Below are positions 35,823 to 39,966 of a stretch of 39,966 bases of DNA, piece after piece. Source of the DNA: Pseudomonadota bacterium (GTDB taxonomy: Bacteria; Bdellovibrionota; FAC87; UBA2466). The notes under the pieces were generated by a model that did no database searches, was not told where the DNA came from, and was given only the letters and a program-made list of their open reading frames with translations. The translations under genes and the position numbers were made by a program. Every line of letters begins with the position of its first letter. The first letter of the stretch is position 1. The DNA lies in assembly GCA_043767805.1 (NCBI GenBank), contig JAYUGC010000026.1, forward strand, positions 1 to 39,966, written 5' to 3'.

Positions 35823-36497
35823 ATGGCCTCCAAAAAGATCATCGCCAATAGCAGGGGAATGGTTACGATCGGGATCGCTCTTACGATCGGCATTTTGATG
35901 ATCGCGGCCTTGCAGGCCTTCACGATGACGATTCAGCAAAAAACGAATCGGCTTCTGAAGCAGCTGCAAACGGAGAGACAGGTAGCCATCTTCGAAATGA
36001 TTTCCTCCCGTGTGCGTCAGGAGCTCAAACAGCAGTACATCGACTCCATCGACGGCAGTAAAGTCGACCCAGTGGAGCCCGTCCGTAGTCTCAACCATCT
36101 GTTCAGGCCGACTTCGAGGATTTTCAATAGAAATTTCCCTCGAGTTTTCGGCAAGGGCCAATTTCAGATCGATCTGCTCAATGGGGGCGGCCCCGCGACG
36201 GCTTTCGTGGCGCCCGAGGATGACGTGACTGTTTTCGTCAATCGGACCATAGGGCGGGGCTACCATTTGGTAACTGTTCAGACGTGGGTTTGCCGGAACG
36301 TAGTCTATGGGCGGGTTCGTTATCCTGCAGAAACGAGATTGGCCCCTAACCCAGGGCGGGGAATCGCTTGGCCGATTCGCTGCCCTGCCAATAGTTCCGT
36401 GGTGGTGAATCACACCTTCTATGTGAACATCTGCTCTCCTGTCTTTTCCCGCGGGGCCCGGCCCGATCCCGCCGGGGTCGCGCCCTGGTGCCCTTGA
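35823..36497 (+). CDS. Pilin-like protein without Glu5 (PilX/GspK-like)
   Basis: NSRG|MVTIGIALTIGILMIAAL class III-like signal; Cys-containing C-terminus. Confidence 0.6.
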   Translation: MASKKIIANSRGMVTIGIALTIGILMIAALQAFTMTIQQKTNRLLKQLQTERQVAIFEMISSRVRQELKQQYIDSIDGSKVDPVEPVRSLNHLFRPTSRIFNRNFPRVFGKGQFQIDLLNGGGPATAFVAPEDDVTVFVNRTIGRGYHLVTVQTWVCRNVVYGRVRYPAETRLAPNPGRGIAWPIRCPANSSVVVNHTFYVNICSPVFSRGARPDPAGVAPWCP

Positions 36498-36508
36498 ATA
36501 GAGATTCC

Positions 36509-37228
36509 ATGCCCGTCAGAGGAACTATTTCTGCGAAGGGGGTACAGTTCGCGGGAGCCGTTCTCCTGTTGTGGGGGATCGCCAACACCGTGGTTGATTT
36601 CCAGCGGTATGGGCTCTCCGCGGGCGTTTATTGGTGGTTCTGCAATCTAGCCCTGACCGGAGTCGGCTTTGGGTGCCTGATCAAAGATCGCGGCTTTGTC
36701 GTCGGTTTTTTGGCGATCTCGCTGTTCACGCAAATGTTTTGGATAGTCGACGATCTCTCGATGCTCCTGTTCAAGCAGAGCACCTTCGGTCTCGCGATTT
36801 TTAGGCACGCGCCTGATTACCCTTTGGACGAGTTTCTTCTGGCCCAATATCATTACTTCACGATTCCGATCGCGTTTCTCGGCTGGGGTTGTGCCGAGTT
36901 CAAACGCGGATCGGCCGTGGCTCGGGTGGCTCTCTTCAATCCTTTGATTTTTGGCGTCTCGTACTTCGTATTTCCGGCCTCGGCCAACATCAATTGTATT
37001 CATACCAGCTGCGTTCCGACGCTTCCGTGGAGCGGCCCGGTTTACGCCTTTGGATTTTGGCTGGTGATTTTCATCATTCACTTGGCGGTCGCTTGGGGTC
37101 TCGAGCGCTTGAGGGTCTCTCCCTGGGTTAACTCGGAGGAGGGGTCACAGCGGGTCAATCTTTTAGTGAGTTTGCTGCTCGGCTTCGGTGCCTTGTGCAG
37201 CCTTTACGGGATGTCCTCCCGGTTCTGA
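36509..37228 (+). CDS. Integral membrane hypothetical protein
   Basis: Multiple TM helices; WWFCN, H..TIP and NINC motifs; ATG 36509. Confidence 0.7.
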   Translation: MPVRGTISAKGVQFAGAVLLLWGIANTVVDFQRYGLSAGVYWWFCNLALTGVGFGCLIKDRGFVVGFLAISLFTQMFWIVDDLSMLLFKQSTFGLAIFRHAPDYPLDEFLLAQYHYFTIPIAFLGWGCAEFKRGSAVARVALFNPLIFGVSYFVFPASANINCIHTSCVPTLPWSGPVYAFGFWLVIFIIHLAVAWGLERLRVSPWVNSEEGSQRVNLLVSLLLGFGALCSLYGMSSRF

Positions 37229-37243
37229 GGCCCGAAGGCCGGA

Positions 37244-37966
37244 CTATTTAGGTGAGGAGTTGCCGACGAAAGTCATGGGATAGAGCAGCTCTCCCGCGAT
37301 GCCGCCGCGCCGCTCAATGTCCTGACACATTTCCCGGTAGGAGTCGGAAAGCTCGCCCTTGGCAAGATAGGTGCGATAAATCGCCGCGACCCACGGGCGC
37401 GTCTGCGCGGGCAAGGGAATGACGTAAATGCGCCCCGGCTCGACTTCGAGCACAGGAGTTCCGGGAGGAACCCGCACGTCGACATAGGCGCCAGTCTCCG
37501 CGCGTCCCACCCACCCCGCTTTTACTTCGGGAAGCGTCAAAAAGACTCCGGTCACGTCCTCGTACACTTTGCGATAAAGAATCGGGGATACTTCCTCGTA
37601 GGTCACGAAGGAGTTGGCGAGGCCTCCGGATTGCCGAATGCGCCCCACGGTTTCCTGTCCATCGGTGTAATGCCTAAAGATCAAATTCTCCGGTGCTTTC
37701 ACCCAACGCGCGTTTTTGGGGAATCCCTTTACCCGAATCTGCTGCGTCTTTAAGTCCGAGGCCGGGGTCAAAGCATGCTCCACCGGTGCCTGACCAAGAG
37801 ACGGATTCCACCGCTCGGCTATCTTTTGTGAGAGACGGCGTACGTCCTCCGCGGCAAGCTGCTCGTACTCGGTGCATTTATCCGCCGAGCTCGGCGTGCG
37901 GATGACTGGGGGAGTCAGCGCGCAACCGGCGACGAGAAAGGACATCCCAAAGATCAGAGAGCGCAT
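37244..37966 (-). CDS. Lipoprotein with possible ADP-ribosyltransferase-like (HYD1-type) domain
   Basis: Lipobox LVAGC; FRHYTD..IRQSGGLANS..GVFLT..AYVDVRV; AGGAG RBS. Confidence 0.55.
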   Translation of the reverse strand: MRSLIFGMSFLVAGCALTPPVIRTPSSADKCTEYEQLAAEDVRRLSQKIAERWNPSLGQAPVEHALTPASDLKTQQIRVKGFPKNARWVKAPENLIFRHYTDGQETVGRIRQSGGLANSFVTYEEVSPILYRKVYEDVTGVFLTLPEVKAGWVGRAETGAYVDVRVPPGTPVLEVEPGRIYVIPLPAQTRPWVAAIYRTYLAKGELSDSYREMCQDIERRGGIAGELLYPMTFVGNSSPK

Positions 37967-38026
37967 CGGCTCCTAGTATACAAGAACGCTCGCAATCGAG
38001 GCCGCGCGTTTTGATAGAATAAGAGA

Positions 38027-38389
38027 ATGCCCAGCCATGTGTCGGTGATCGGTTTAGAGTTCCTGCTCTGCGTCTCACTTTTCGCCGAGCCGGGCGCTGG
38101 CGAGACACCCAAGGCCGCGGACGATATTTTTTCTACGGCAGACTACGCAAAAACAGCGAAAGAGTACGAGGATCAGGCTCAACGCCAGAACAAAATGTTA
38201 CAGAATTTGCAGAGCGTTACGGGAACGGCGGAAGCTCCGCCTCCGACGCGCGTTCCGGCGTCAGCGCAAGCGCCCAGTGCCTGTAGTTCCGTCGACTCCT
38301 TCGCGGCCTTCAAGGCTTGTGTCGGAGAGCGATTTGATAAGTTCAATGGCACACCGGACGTCGCTAAAGAAATGCCGAAGGACCCCTAG
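38027..38389 (+). CDS. Small secreted hypothetical protein
   Basis: Signal-like hydrophobic stretch, low-complexity linker, two Cys; extended -10 TGATAGAAT 6 nt upstream. Confidence 0.65.
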   Translation: MPSHVSVIGLEFLLCVSLFAEPGAGETPKAADDIFSTADYAKTAKEYEDQAQRQNKMLQNLQSVTGTAEAPPPTRVPASAQAPSACSSVDSFAAFKACVGERFDKFNGTPDVAKEMPKDP

Positions 38390-39084
38390 ACGGTTCCGAA
38401 AAGAGAGCCCACCAAAGCGCTGGCCGCCAGGGCGAGCGCTCCCCAGAACAGCACGCGAAGGGCGCCTTTCCAAACTTTGGCTCCGCCGACACGCGCGGCC
38501 AGGGCGCCCAGCGCGCTCAACAGAAAGAGCGAGCCCACGGAAACGGCCGGAATGAGCTCGTTTCTGGGCGCGACTAAAACCACGATCAGGGGAGAGGCGG
38601 CGCCGAGCGCGAAAGTCGCTGCGGAAGCGAGGGCCGCTTGAACGGGTTTCGCGAAGGTTGCTTCCAAAATACCCAGCTCGTCGCGCGAATGCGCTCCCAA
38701 CGCGTCGAACGCCATCAGCTGAGTGGCGACTGCCTTGGCCAAAACGGGGTCGAGCCCGCGTTTTTCGTAGATCTCCGCGAGCTCTTTGTGCTCGTGCTTC
38801 CAGTCGTATTTCAGCTCGTAACGTTCCTGGGCGAGGTCCGCTTCTTCGGTATCCGCTTGGGAGCTTACCGACACATATTCGCCCGCCGCCATCGACATGG
38901 CGCCGGCCACGAGCCCCGCCACCGCCGTGATGGTGATGTCGTGGGTGGAGGTATGGGCCGAAGCGACTCCCACGATTAGGCTCGCCGTCGAGACGATTCC
39001 GTCGTTTGCGCCAAGTACCGCGGCTCTCAGCCAGCCTATGCGATCCGAACGATGTTTTTCCGTATGCTTGTGGCCGGGCTCCAT
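38386..39084 (-). CDS. VIT1/CCC1 family Fe/Mn transporter
   Basis: WLRAAVLGANDGIVS, AGAMSMAAGEYVSVSSQAD, AHSRDELG. Confidence 0.95.
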   Translation of the reverse strand: MEPGHKHTEKHRSDRIGWLRAAVLGANDGIVSTASLIVGVASAHTSTHDITITAVAGLVAGAMSMAAGEYVSVSSQADTEEADLAQERYELKYDWKHEHKELAEIYEKRGLDPVLAKAVATQLMAFDALGAHSRDELGILEATFAKPVQAALASAATFALGAASPLIVVLVAPRNELIPAVSVGSLFLLSALGALAARVGGAKVWKGALRVLFWGALALAASALVGSLFGTV

Positions 39085-39131
39085 CGCCGGAATCTAGCAC
39101 TCCTTCATTCGTCTGTCGCTGAGGCGCCGTC

Positions 39132-39812
39132 TCACTCGTACAAAACGTGAACGTCGAGCTTTCCCCGGTAGTTCGACGTATTGTCGTTCGTGATGGCCTT
39201 GACCCGGACAGAGTCGACGTACTGGCGCTTATCCAGAAAATGGACGCGAATGTCGACGGGATGTAGGTCGTAGGTGCCGTAGAAATTGGCGATGATATTC
39301 AGGTTCCGGGTGAGCGCCTGCAAGGCCCGGCCGATGAGCCGCTTGCCTGGAAGAGAATCGGAGTCGAAAGACTTGTTCTCGAGTGGCTTCACGCGGACCG
39401 AAAGCGAACGGCCGTCCGTGGAGTCGGCGGCCTGCATCCAAAACTCCTGGAGCTTGATGCTCGGTCCGTCGTCGGCGATGTGAATCGGGTTGTTCTTGAT
39501 CACCAGGGCGACGGCACGACGGCGAAAGCCGTCGGAGCCCAGGTCTTCCTTGTTGCCGAACGGGAGGGAGTGCCAAACTTGCTTCTGGAGCTCGGCTTTT
39601 CCCGCGTCGCCTCCGCCGATGAAGGAGAGGTTATAAACCGTGGGCGGCTCGACGTAGCCTACCGGAGTGGAATCTTGGAAGAGCACGCGCTCTCTCTCCC
39701 GGGCGTCTTTGTTCTTCTGAATACCGTCCAGAATATCGTCGATAGAATCGGCTCTAACGGCCGAAGCCAGGAATAAAGACGCGGCGAGCATTCCGAAAAA
39801 GAGTTTGGACAT
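39132..39812 (-). CDS. Secreted hypothetical protein
   Basis: MSKLFFGMLAASLFLASAVRA signal peptide; GGGGG RBS before ATG 39812. Confidence 0.7.
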   Translation of the reverse strand: MSKLFFGMLAASLFLASAVRADSIDDILDGIQKNKDARERERVLFQDSTPVGYVEPPTVYNLSFIGGGDAGKAELQKQVWHSLPFGNKEDLGSDGFRRRAVALVIKNNPIHIADDGPSIKLQEFWMQAADSTDGRSLSVRVKPLENKSFDSDSLPGKRLIGRALQALTRNLNIIANFYGTYDLHPVDIRVHFLDKRQYVDSVRVKAITNDNTSNYRGKLDVHVLYE

Positions 39813-39898
39813 GTGAGATCCCCCAAGATTAGGCGCGAAACGAATGGGGGAATTAAATATCAGGGGGGAGAGTAACGTCAATTTTGGTGCGAGTTAAA

Positions 39899-39966
39899 TT
39901 ACTTGAGCTGGGCGGGATCGACTCCCCAGGAGCGCAGGATGTCGACCTCGTCTTCGGCCGAGGCGG
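39899..39966 (-). CDS. Partial CDS (3' end only), unknown product
   Basis: Open frame ...ASAEDEVDILRSWGVDPAQLK* running off the window edge. Confidence 0.5.
   Translation of the reverse strand, partial: ASAEDEVDILRSWGVDPAQLK

Noticed and set aside
38027..38389. Immunity protein for the ART-like lipoprotein
   Set aside because: Divergently oriented, apparently secreted and low-complexity; no supporting motif.
1..39966. CRISPR array, tRNA/rRNA, prophage or recognised defence system
   Set aside because: No regularly spaced repeats, RNA gene signatures, phage structural genes or known defence domains were seen by eye.

Overview
GC-rich bacterial chromosomal window, densely coding, with no rRNA, tRNA, CRISPR array or transposase that I could recognise. 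The gene style suggests a Bdellovibrionota/Oligoflexia-like organism (many orphan secreted proteins, divergent pilin-like genes, C-terminal -AA ends); this is inference, not shown. Recognisable genes include ppc, a Bcp peroxiredoxin, a sterol desaturase, a rhodanese, PLD, a carboxylesterase, LysR/DJ-1, an MBL hydrolase, DUF1499, VIT1/CCC1 and two-component proteins. Most notable: (1) a compact module at 2842-5747 with a LuxI/FeeM-like GNAT gene and a heme-oxygenase-like diiron enzyme facing a stand-alone PAS protein, a coiled-coil protein and an XRE regulator, a candidate small-molecule signalling system; (2) a type IV pilin-like protein carrying a cytochrome-c CxxCH domain in a divergent minor-pilin trio next to a sugar dehydrogenase-cytochrome c; (3) a 360-bp structured MITE-like element at 71-430 with 16-bp inverted repeats and a 4-bp flanking duplication; (4) secreted Rpf-like, atypical kinase-like and ADP-ribosyltransferase-like proteins plus a protease/pseudoprotease pair; (5) three adjacent gene remnants at 25449-27157; (6) repeated -10 hexamers exactly 6 nt before start codons, suggesting leaderless mRNAs. 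All family calls are by-eye motif recognition; no searches were run.
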